NCBI GenBank assembly: GCA_035491895.1 | Contig: DATJJY010000045.1 | Span: 7,673-71,672 of the forward strand | DNA from: Gemmatimonadales bacterium | GTDB lineage: Bacteria; Gemmatimonadota; Gemmatimonadetes; Gemmatimonadales; GWC2-71-9 | Length of the DNA: 64,000 nucleotides | Reading direction: 5' to 3' | In this document: positions 57,064 to 64,000 of the stretch, in pieces | How positions within the stretch are numbered: position 1 is the first letter of the stretch | Layout: each line of letters starts with the position of its first letter | The notes under the pieces: model-generated | Databases searched by the model: none | What the model was told of the DNA's origin: nothing | Seen by the model: only the letters and a program-made list of their open reading frames with translations | Translations under genes and position numbers: made by a program

Positions 57064-57900
57064 TCACACCACCCTCCCGAGGACGAGTGCGCCAAGACCG
57101 AACACCATTGCGACCTTGAGGAGTCCGCTCGCCGTCACGAACCGCCGCTGCTGGAGGGCACGCACCGCGACGAGCAGGATCACGAGCGCCGCGCCCGCTA
57201 CGCCGAAGTACATGGCACCGTATCCCGCGACGAGGGGCAAGATCACGGCCAGTGGCAGAAAGGCTGCGCTGACCCAGACGGCGACACGCGTGGCCCCAAT
57301 CAGCCCGAACCGCACCGGGAGCGTTTGCCGACCGGCGGCGCGATCCCCCGCCTCGTCTTCCAGATCCTTCACGAGCTCCCGGGCGAGGTGCAGCCACCCC
57401 GCGAGCACCCAGGGCACGACGCCCGCCGCGGGACGGCCGACGGCGAGCGCGCCGTAGAACAGCGGCAGACCCCCTACGACGGCTACCGCGACGTTGCCCG
57501 GCGCCCCGCGCCGCTTCAGGAGCGGCGAATAGCCGAGCATCACGGCGAGCGCCAGGAGCGCCATCAGTACCTGGCGCCCGGAAACGAGCGCGGCGGCGCC
57601 GATGCCGACCATGATCCCGAGCCAGATGACGAGGTGGGCCGTCTCGCGGCGCAGGCGTTCCGCCGCGAGGGGATGGCGGCCGGGAGCGTTGACGCGATCG
57701 GCGGCGACGTCCTGCACGTCGTTGGCCGCATTCCCCGCCGCCCCGAGACCGATCGCGGAAAGCGCGGCGAACCCCAGCAGCTTCGGCACGGCCATGGTGC
57801 CGAGCGCGATCCAGCCGCCGGCGAGTACACCGGCTGCGGCCAACAGGAGATTGTGTGCGCGGACGAGCCGCCACAGATCAGTCACGCAGTACGTTCTCAT
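57064..57900 (-). CDS. UbiA-family aromatic/isoprenoid prenyltransferase
   Basis: About 8-9 TM segments. Asp-rich motif GNAANDVQDVAADRVN (NDxxDxxxD) and a second DLEDEAGDR. Start ATG 57900 overlaps the bshA end by 23 nt. Confidence 0.75.
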   Translation of the reverse strand: MRTYCVTDLWRLVRAHNLLLAAAGVLAGGWIALGTMAVPKLLGFAALSAIGLGAAGNAANDVQDVAADRVNAPGRHPLAAERLRRETAHLVIWLGIMVGIGAAALVSGRQVLMALLALAVMLGYSPLLKRRGAPGNVAVAVVGGLPLFYGALAVGRPAAGVVPWVLAGWLHLARELVKDLEDEAGDRAAGRQTLPVRFGLIGATRVAVWVSAAFLPLAVILPLVAGYGAMYFGVAGAALVILLVAVRALQQRRFVTASGLLKVAMVFGLGALVLGRVV

Positions 57901-59002
57901 AGAGGCGCTCGTACTGCGGCACGATCCGGTCGGCCGAGAAATCATCCGCTCGCCGCACCGCGTGGCGCCGCATCTCCTCCAGCCGCTCCGGATCGCGCAG
58001 CACTTCGATGGCCCGATCGGTCATCGTCGCGACGTCGCCCACGTCCGCGAGGAAGCCCGACTCTCCTTCCGTCACAACTTCGGGGAGCCCGCCCACGCGG
58101 CTCGCGATGACCGGCACCCCGCACGCCATCGCCTCGAGCGCCGCCAGACCGAACGATTCGGTCTCGGAGGGGAGCAGGAAGAGATCGCCGCCGCGCAGCA
58201 GGTCGGCGACATCGTCGACTCGTCCCGCGAAGCGGACGTTGCGCTGCACGCCGAGCCGGACGGCCTCACGTTGCGCCGGATCCCGGTCCGGACCGTCTCC
58301 GACCATCACGAGCGTCGCCTTCATCGCCTTGCGCACCCCGGCGAATACGCGCACGACGTCGACGAGGCGTTTCACGGGACGGAAATTGGAGATGTGCACC
58401 AGGACACGGTGGTCCGGCGGCGCCAGCTTGCAGCGCATCGCGGGATCGGTCGCCGGGAAGTACTCCACCTTATTGATGAAGTTGGGAATGACGAGCACCT
58501 CGCACCCGTCGCAGCCGAACGTGCGGTACGTCTCCTCGCGCAGGAACGCGGAGACCGCGGTGACGCGATCGGAGTGCTCGATGGAGAACTTGGTGAGCGA
58601 GAAGTAGGACGGATCCTTGCCGACGAGGGTGATGTCGGTGCCGTGCAGCGTCGTCACGACCTTCAAATCCCGCTCCTCGGCGAGCATCTGCTTCGCGAGC
58701 CACGCCGTGGCGGCATGGGGAATCGCGTAGTGCACGTGCATGACCTGCAGCTCTTCCCGCTGGGCGACCTCGTGCTGTTTCACCGCCAGCGCGAAGGCGT
58801 ACTGCGACTGTTCGAACAGCGGATAATCGGCCGGCACGACCTCGTGAAACGTGACGTGCTCGGTAACGCCGCGCAGCCGGAACGGACTGGCGTAGGAGAT
58901 GAAATGCACGTCGTGCCCGCGCCGCGCGAGCTCGAGGCCGAGCTCCGTCGCGACGGCCCCGGAGCCGCCGTAGGTCGGATATAGAGTGATGCCGATTCTC
59001 AT
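57878..59002 (-). CDS. bshA: N-acetyl-alpha-D-glucosaminyl L-malate synthase (GT4; bacillithiol biosynthesis)
   Basis: MRIGITLYPTYGGSGAVATELGLELARRGHDVHFIS, HVHYAIPHA, LAKQML, VTTLHGTDIT, SDRVTAVS and NFI closely track the Bacillus BshA sequence as I remember it. Confidence 0.8.
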   Translation of the reverse strand: MRIGITLYPTYGGSGAVATELGLELARRGHDVHFISYASPFRLRGVTEHVTFHEVVPADYPLFEQSQYAFALAVKQHEVAQREELQVMHVHYAIPHAATAWLAKQMLAEERDLKVVTTLHGTDITLVGKDPSYFSLTKFSIEHSDRVTAVSAFLREETYRTFGCDGCEVLVIPNFINKVEYFPATDPAMRCKLAPPDHRVLVHISNFRPVKRLVDVVRVFAGVRKAMKATLVMVGDGPDRDPAQREAVRLGVQRNVRFAGRVDDVADLLRGGDLFLLPSETESFGLAALEAMACGVPVIASRVGGLPEVVTEGESGFLADVGDVATMTDRAIEVLRDPERLEEMRRHAVRRADDFSADRIVPQYERLYENVLRD

Positions 59003-59010
59003 GGGAACCG

Positions 59011-59059
59011 AGACCTCAGACCTCAGACGTCAGACCTCAGACCTCAGACATCAGACACC
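59011..59059. repeat. Seven tandem heptamers AGACCTC x2, AGACGTC, AGACCTC x2, AGACATC, AGACACC
   Basis: Read directly in the miaA-bshA junction. The miaA stop (59051-59053) lies inside the array. On the coding (minus) strand the units read GAGGTCT. Confidence 0.9.
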
Positions 59060-60103
59060 AGCCGACACCAACCGCCAACGGGCTTCAATGGTGGCGGCCA
59101 AGTCGTTCGCCGATTCCGTCGCGTCGAGCATCCACACCTGATCGGGCTGATGTCCGACCTCTGACGTCTGAACCCGTAGTTGATTTCGAAACCACGTCTC
59201 CTGCCGCTTCGCATACTGGCGTGACGACCGCACGATCGCGTCGCGCAGTTCGCCCGGCTGGATCCGGCCCGCCAGCATGGCGACGATCTCGCGATACCCC
59301 ACCCCGTCGAGACCGGCGGCGTCGGGCGCCGTGCCGCGCGCCAGCTCGGCGCGAACCTCGTCCACGAACCCGGCCGCCAGCATGGCGTCGACCCGCTCGG
59401 CGATGCGGCGCCGCAGCAGCTCGCGCGGAATCGTGAGCACGATGTACCAGGGGCGCATCACCCCGGCCGCGCGGGCCATGCGCTGCCACAGCGAGAGCGG
59501 ACGTCCCGTCAACAGCGCGACTTCGAGCACACGCGCCGCGCGCTGCCGTCCGCCGCCGGAAAATCGCGGGTCGAGGCGCAGCGCCCAGCGCGAGAGATCC
59601 GGCCCCGGCAGCGTGGCCGTCCAGTCGCGCAGCCGATCACGCCGCGCCGGATCGAGTGGTGGCTCCTGAAACAAGCCGTCGGCGAGCGCGCGGACGTAGA
59701 ATCCCGTTCCGCCCACGACCAGCGGCACTCGGCCCCCGGCCCGGGCCGTCGTGAGCCATCCCGCCGCTTCGCGGGCGAATCGGCCGGCGCTGAAACGCTC
59801 CCCCGGCTCGACGAGATCGACCCCCTCGTGCGGGACCTGGGCGCGCAACAGAGCGGTGGGCTTGGCGGTCCCGATGTCGAGGCGGCGATAGACCTGCCGG
59901 GCATCGGCCGAGATCACCGTGAGCGGGAGACGCTGCGCCAGCGCGATGGCGACCGCGGTCTTCCCGACGGCCGTCGGACCGACGATGACGGGTGTGAGCG
60001 GGCGGTCGGGCGGATAGGCAGACGGGCGGAGGAGACCCACAGGCGATACGCGCCCGCGCCCGACCGACTGACCGCCTGACCGCCTGACCGCCGTCTTTCT
60101 CAT
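59051..60103 (-). CDS. miaA: tRNA dimethylallyltransferase
   Basis: VIVGPTAVGKTAVAIALA (P-loop), SADARQVYR.LDIGTAKP and VGGTGFY. ATG 60103 overlaps the mutL stop as ATGA but gives an unusually long (~35 aa) pre-P-loop extension encoded partly by an octamer repeat, so the true start may be further downstream. Confidence 0.85.
   Translation of the reverse strand: MRKTAVRRSGGQSVGRGRVSPVGLLRPSAYPPDRPLTPVIVGPTAVGKTAVAIALAQRLPLTVISADARQVYRRLDIGTAKPTALLRAQVPHEGVDLVEPGERFSAGRFAREAAGWLTTARAGGRVPLVVGGTGFYVRALADGLFQEPPLDPARRDRLRDWTATLPGPDLSRWALRLDPRFSGGGRQRAARVLEVALLTGRPLSLWQRMARAAGVMRPWYIVLTIPRELLRRRIAERVDAMLAAGFVDEVRAELARGTAPDAAGLDGVGYREIVAMLAGRIQPGELRDAIVRSSRQYAKRQETWFRNQLRVQTSEVGHQPDQVWMLDATESANDLAATIEARWRLVSAGV
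60068..60091. repeat. Octamer CTGACCGC x3
   Basis: Read directly, at the extreme 5' end of the miaA ORF. Confidence 0.8.
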
Positions 60104-61788
60104 CTCCCAAATCTCCGCTCTAACTCGCCTTTGGGAAGCTGCACGATCGTGGGTCGTCCGTGAACGTCGTGTGCGGGGAGTGTGGCGCTCAACAGCCGGC
60201 GCACCAGCTCTCGCGCTTCCTCGGGATCGAGATGGTGTCCCGCCTTGATCGCGGCGCGGCAGGCGAACGTCGCCCCGAACCGCTCGAGCCGGTTCGCCCA
60301 GCCGCCGAACCGGCCGCCCGCCAGGTCGCTCACCAGCTCTTGCAGGCAGCGTGCCGCCTCGAAGCGCGGATGCGGATTGGGGGCCGTGTGCACCACGACG
60401 GTCCGACCCGAGAACGGCTCCAGCTCGAATCCCACACGCGCCAAGAGCTCACGATGCGCGTCGATCGCTTCGAGCTCGGGGCCGCTGAATTCCAGGGTGA
60501 GCGGCAACAGCAAACGCTGGGCCGGTGCGCCGTCCCCGGAGAGCTGCCGCATCACCTGCTCGTACAATACGCGCTCGTGCGCGGAATGCTGGTCCACGAT
60601 CGCGACCGCGTCTTCGGTCTGGAACAGGAGATAGGTGTCGAACACCTGCAGCAGCTCGGGACCGCGTGGACGCCCGCCCATGGGCTCGGTGAACAGCTCC
60701 GTGGGCATCCCGGCCGGAATCGTCCCCGTCCCGTCCCACGGCGTCGCCTCGAGCACCGGCGCGGCTCCGCTGGAGGCTCCCCCGAGCGGCGCGGCGGCGT
60801 CCAACGGAGCCAGCGCGCGCCGCACCCCCTCCTCCACCAGCTGCTCGATCTGAATCCGATCGCGGAACCGTACCTCCGCTTTCGTGGGGTGCACGTTCAC
60901 GTCCACGGCGTCGCCCGGAAGATCGAGAAACAGGAGCAGCGACGGCCGGTCCCCCGGCGCGATCGCCGAGCGATATCCGGCCTCGGCCGCGCGCAACAGG
61001 AATGGATCCTTCACCGGACGCCCGCGCACGAACACGAACGCCTTGCGGCCCGCCGGACGCGCCTGTGACGGACGCTGTGCGAACCCCGACACTTCGGCGC
61101 CACCGACCCGGGTCGAGAGCGGCAACAGCGTGTCGGCCAGGTCCCGTCCCCACAGGGCGTGGATGCGCTCGATCAGGCGCGCGGCCGCCGGCGCGTCGAG
61201 CAGCGGCCGTCCATCACTCGTCAGCGAGAAGGCGACGTCGGGGCGCGCCAGCGCGAGCACGGTGAGCACATCGGAGACCGCGCGCGTCTCCGTGGCGGGG
61301 GCGCGCAGGAACTTGCGCCGCGCCGGCGTATTGAAGAACAGGCCGCGCACCGTCACCGACGTCCCCTGCTGCCGCACCGCGGGCTCCGCGGCCTCGATCG
61401 TCCCGCCGGTCACCCGCAACCGGATGCCGCTTGCCCCGTCCGCGGTCTCGAGCTCGAAGCGGGACACGGAGGCGATTGCCGGCAGCGCTTCGCCCCGGAA
61501 GCCGAAAGAGCCGACGCCGATGAGATCGGCAACGGAGCGGATCTTGCTCGTGGCGTGGCGCCGCAATGCCAGCTGCGCGTCGTCGGGCGCCATTCCGTGC
61601 CCGTCGTCCGAGACCCGGATCAGCGCCCGCCCGCCTTCCTCGATCTCGACCCGGACCACTCGCGCCCCGGCGTCGAGGGCGTTCTCGACCAGCTCTTTCA
61701 CGACCGACGCCGGCCGCTCGACCACCTCCCCCGCCGCGATCTGATCGGCCACGCGGTCGGGGAGGACGGCGATGCGCGGCGGGTTCAC
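60100..61788 (-). CDS. mutL: DNA mismatch repair protein MutL
   Basis: GTG 61788 (GTGA overlap) gives VNPPRIAVLPDRVADQIAAGEVVERPASVVKELVENALDAGA, then DDGHGM and GFRGEAL, with a C-terminal dimerisation domain. Confidence 0.9.
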   Translation of the reverse strand: MNPPRIAVLPDRVADQIAAGEVVERPASVVKELVENALDAGARVVRVEIEEGGRALIRVSDDGHGMAPDDAQLALRRHATSKIRSVADLIGVGSFGFRGEALPAIASVSRFELETADGASGIRLRVTGGTIEAAEPAVRQQGTSVTVRGLFFNTPARRKFLRAPATETRAVSDVLTVLALARPDVAFSLTSDGRPLLDAPAAARLIERIHALWGRDLADTLLPLSTRVGGAEVSGFAQRPSQARPAGRKAFVFVRGRPVKDPFLLRAAEAGYRSAIAPGDRPSLLLFLDLPGDAVDVNVHPTKAEVRFRDRIQIEQLVEEGVRRALAPLDAAAPLGGASSGAAPVLEATPWDGTGTIPAGMPTELFTEPMGGRPRGPELLQVFDTYLLFQTEDAVAIVDQHSAHERVLYEQVMRQLSGDGAPAQRLLLPLTLEFSGPELEAIDAHRELLARVGFELEPFSGRTVVVHTAPNPHPRFEAARCLQELVSDLAGGRFGGWANRLERFGATFACRAAIKAGHHLDPEEARELVRRLLSATLPAHDVHGRPTIVQLPKGELERRFGR

Positions 61789-64000
61789 AACCGCACGACC
61801 TGGCTCGAGAGCACCCACCCGTTGACGCCGTCGCTGCGCCGGATTCGCAGCCAGCGTCCGCCGGCGAACGTGTCGACCACCTCCGCCGCCGCGCCCGGCT
61901 CGAGCACCAGACTCGCGCTGGAGGGACCGTAGGGCGCGGCCCGCACGGGGGTGCGCGGGCTCGTGATCACGACGAGCGGCCGGTCGTCACGACGCTGCTC
62001 GAACACCCCGAGCACGGCCGCAGTGAGCGCGAGCGTGCCGAACGAGGCACCCACGATGCGCCGCGCCCCGCGACTCACGATCAGCACCCCCCAGCACACG
62101 ATCCAGAGCGTCGCCGCCACGATCCACCACTCACCCGGAGTGAGCAACCCGACATCGAGCAGGCTCGCGCTCGCGGCGTCGGGAGGCGGCAGCAGGTCGC
62201 GCGCGCGCCGGATCGCGCCGTTGCGGGGCGCGAGACGCTCCGCCATGACCCATGCCGCGACCGCTTTGCCGTCCTCGCCGCTGCGGTACAGCGTCGCTCC
62301 GAGATCGTACCAGTGCGCCGGATCGAGTGTGTCGCGTGCCGCCCGGCCGGAAAACGAATCCGCGGCGGCGCTCAGGGCCCCGGCCTGGTAAAGCGCCTCG
62401 GCGCTCGTCCCCTGAGCCCGTACGTCGCGCACGCCGCCGATCACGGACAGAAGCAGCACTCCGAGCCCGACACTCGAGCGGCGGCGCCGCCCGCGGCTGT
62501 CGTGCGACAACGCTTTCAACACCGCTCGCAGCTCGGCCGCCAGCTCGTGCGGGTCACCGGAAGTGCGCGGCCCATAGCGAATGCCGCGCAGCCGCTCGCG
62601 CAAGCGCCCCACATGCTCGGCGAGCTTGCGCTCGACGCCCGCGGCCCGGAGCGCGCGGGCGAGGCTCTCGCCGTCGTGGTTGAAGGCATCGGCGACGTGC
62701 GCCTGCACCAGGATGCCGAACGCCCGCTCCAGCACCGCCAGCTCGCCCGGGTCGTGCACGGCGGGCTCGACCGGGGGCGGTGGCGGGGCCCGGCGGCGCA
62801 ACCGCAGGAACAGCCCAAACGGTGGCACGAGGAATACCGCGAGCCAGCCGACGGGCCACAGCCAGCCCTTCAGCTCATCGCTCCAATCGCGCTGGCCCGG
62901 CTCGAGCAGCTCGGGTGTGGCGCGCGCCGCGCGGTGCTCCCCGCTCTGGGCCGTCACGAAGGAACGGGCAGGGATGCTGGCCACCTCGTAGCGGCGGACG
63001 GAAGGATCGTAGTACGGATACCGCACTTCGGGGAGCAGGAACACCCCCGCCGAGTCGGGCACGACGAGGAGCCGGAACGTCTTCTTGCCGCCGACGTGTC
63101 CCCCCGGCGCCTCAATGCGCACGGTGGTCTCTTCCGGATAGGAGCGGAATCCCGGCGGCCAGTGCAGTGCGGGAGGCGGCCAGAGCTCGACATTCCCGCC
63201 GCCGTCGAGCGTCGCGGCGACCTCGAGCGGCTCACCCACGTGGCCCTCGGGGGGATTCACGGCGACCGTGAGCTGCAGGCTCTCGGCGACGACCCCCAGG
63301 TCGCCGGGGGGACGGTCGGCCGCCGGCAGCGGTTGGACGGCCACGACCGCCGAATCGGTCGACAGCGAATAGCGCTCCTCGGAGCTGAAGAACGAAAAGT
63401 TCACCGGGACGGCGTACTCCACCGATCCCGGCGGGATCACGATGCTCCCCGCCGTCAGCGGAAAGAGGATCTGGTGGACGGCGTACAGATCCATCGGCAG
63501 GCCGTGTACGGTGCGTGACAGCACGACGCCGCTCGGCGTGGCGGGTGGATAGCTCCACACGTTTTCAGGCGTGAGTAGCGTGAGCAGCGGCGGACGGCGC
63601 AGCCGCTCGCGCAGCGGCCGCGGGAACCAGGCCGCGAGAATGACATCGAGCTGATGACCGACGGTGGCGGGGGCCGCGGGAGCGACGATTGAGAGCGCCA
63701 CCTGATCGCCGCGGTAGGGTGGCGGTGCCGCAGTGAGCAGCGCACGGGCGGCGACGCTGAGTGCGCCGGTTGGGAACGACGCTGCACTGTCCACCGCGAT
63801 CGTGAACGGGGCCGTGGTCGCGACGGCGTCCCCGACGTGCACGCTCACGGAGCCGATCGTCAACCGCCCCGGCCGCTCGGCACGGAGCGTGAGCGCCCGC
63901 AGCGCCGTGCGCGACGCACCCGCGGTACCCTCGAGCGCGACCTCCGCCGCATCCCGTGTGCCCACGACCGAGAAGCCGGAGAGTGGCGGCAGGTCGAACC
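61785..64000 (-). CDS. BatD-like aerotolerance-operon protein fused to TPR and C-terminal SH3 domains (5' end outside the window)
   Basis: The frame stays open past 63965 to the window edge. It has Ig-like BatD-type repeats, one TM (WLWPVGWLAVFLVPPFGLFL), a TPR-like segment (AEALYQAGALSAAADSF...WYDLGATLYRSGEDGKA) and a second TM. The bacterial SH3-like end reads VRAAPYG....L.L.PGA..EVVD..GGWLRIRRSDGVNGWV. Confidence 0.7.
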   Translation of the reverse strand, partial: FDLPPLSGFSVVGTRDAAEVALEGTAGASRTALRALTLRAERPGRLTIGSVSVHVGDAVATTAPFTIAVDSAASFPTGALSVAARALLTAAPPPYRGDQVALSIVAPAAPATVGHQLDVILAAWFPRPLRERLRRPPLLTLLTPENVWSYPPATPSGVVLSRTVHGLPMDLYAVHQILFPLTAGSIVIPPGSVEYAVPVNFSFFSSEERYSLSTDSAVVAVQPLPAADRPPGDLGVVAESLQLTVAVNPPEGHVGEPLEVAATLDGGGNVELWPPPALHWPPGFRSYPEETTVRIEAPGGHVGGKKTFRLLVVPDSAGVFLLPEVRYPYYDPSVRRYEVASIPARSFVTAQSGEHRAARATPELLEPGQRDWSDELKGWLWPVGWLAVFLVPPFGLFLRLRRRAPPPPPVEPAVHDPGELAVLERAFGILVQAHVADAFNHDGESLARALRAAGVERKLAEHVGRLRERLRGIRYGPRTSGDPHELAAELRAVLKALSHDSRGRRRRSSVGLGVLLLSVIGGVRDVRAQGTSAEALYQAGALSAAADSFSGRAARDTLDPAHWYDLGATLYRSGEDGKAVAAWVMAERLAPRNGAIRRARDLLPPPDAASASLLDVGLLTPGEWWIVAATLWIVCWGVLIVSRGARRIVGASFGTLALTAAVLGVFEQRRDDRPLVVITSPRTPVRAAPYGPSSASLVLEPGAAAEVVDTFAGGRWLRIRRSDGVNGWVLSSQVVRL

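Overview
This is a dense, high-GC bacterial chromosomal segment with about 60 CDS and one tRNA, read by eye only. No searches or alignments were run, and identities are visual estimates.

**Housekeeping content.**
- A 15-kb minus-strand array runs murA-pgeF | rimP-nusA-ylxQ-infB-DUF503-rbfA-truB-ribF-secD-secF-tatD-fhs-ridA.
- A translationally coupled chain runs serS-histidine kinase-pcrA/uvrD-gatC-gatA-gatB.
- groES-groEL carries a CIRCE operator.
- Other recognisable genes are mutL-miaA-bshA-UbiA prenyltransferase, coaX-birA, uppP, murI, an lpxH-like gene, and deoC with a fused double aldehyde dehydrogenase.
- Gene content (BatD-type protein, alt-GlmU-like transferase, BshA, Roadblock protein) suggests an FCB-group or Gemmatimonadota-like organism. 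That is inference only.

**Annotation caveat.** The ORF track takes the longest ORF, so many N-termini are over-extended. At least a dozen real starts are GTG or ATG codons overlapping the upstream stop as GTGA or ATGA. One partial CDS at 1-692 is missing from the track.

**Main hunt results.**
1. The only clearly accessory block is 10.7-17.1 kb, next to a tRNA-Sec gene. It holds a head-to-tail duplicated pair of giant lipoproteins. Each has a calcineurin-like phosphoesterase head, a poly-Gly hinge, 3 or 5 Ig-like repeats, and an unassigned ~215-aa module that occurs three times. Near-identical DNA patches point to ongoing gene conversion.
2. selC (tRNA-Sec) shows the 8/5 geometry, a 6-bp D stem and a UCA anticodon.
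3. Two tandem zinc-ribbon paralogues of unknown function lie directly downstream of selC.
4. A family of 7-nt-periodic AGACNTC tandem or palindromic repeats, reminiscent of cyanobacterial STRR elements, sits at gene ends. A related array appears to have been read through in frame as the linker fusing two ALDH-like halves.
5. A coupled operon encodes a Roadblock/LC7 protein, a receiver domain, GDP-mannose pyrophosphorylase and an alt-GlmU-like protein.
6. An intrinsic terminator abuts the rimP start codon.

No CRISPR array, transposase, integrase or rRNA was seen.
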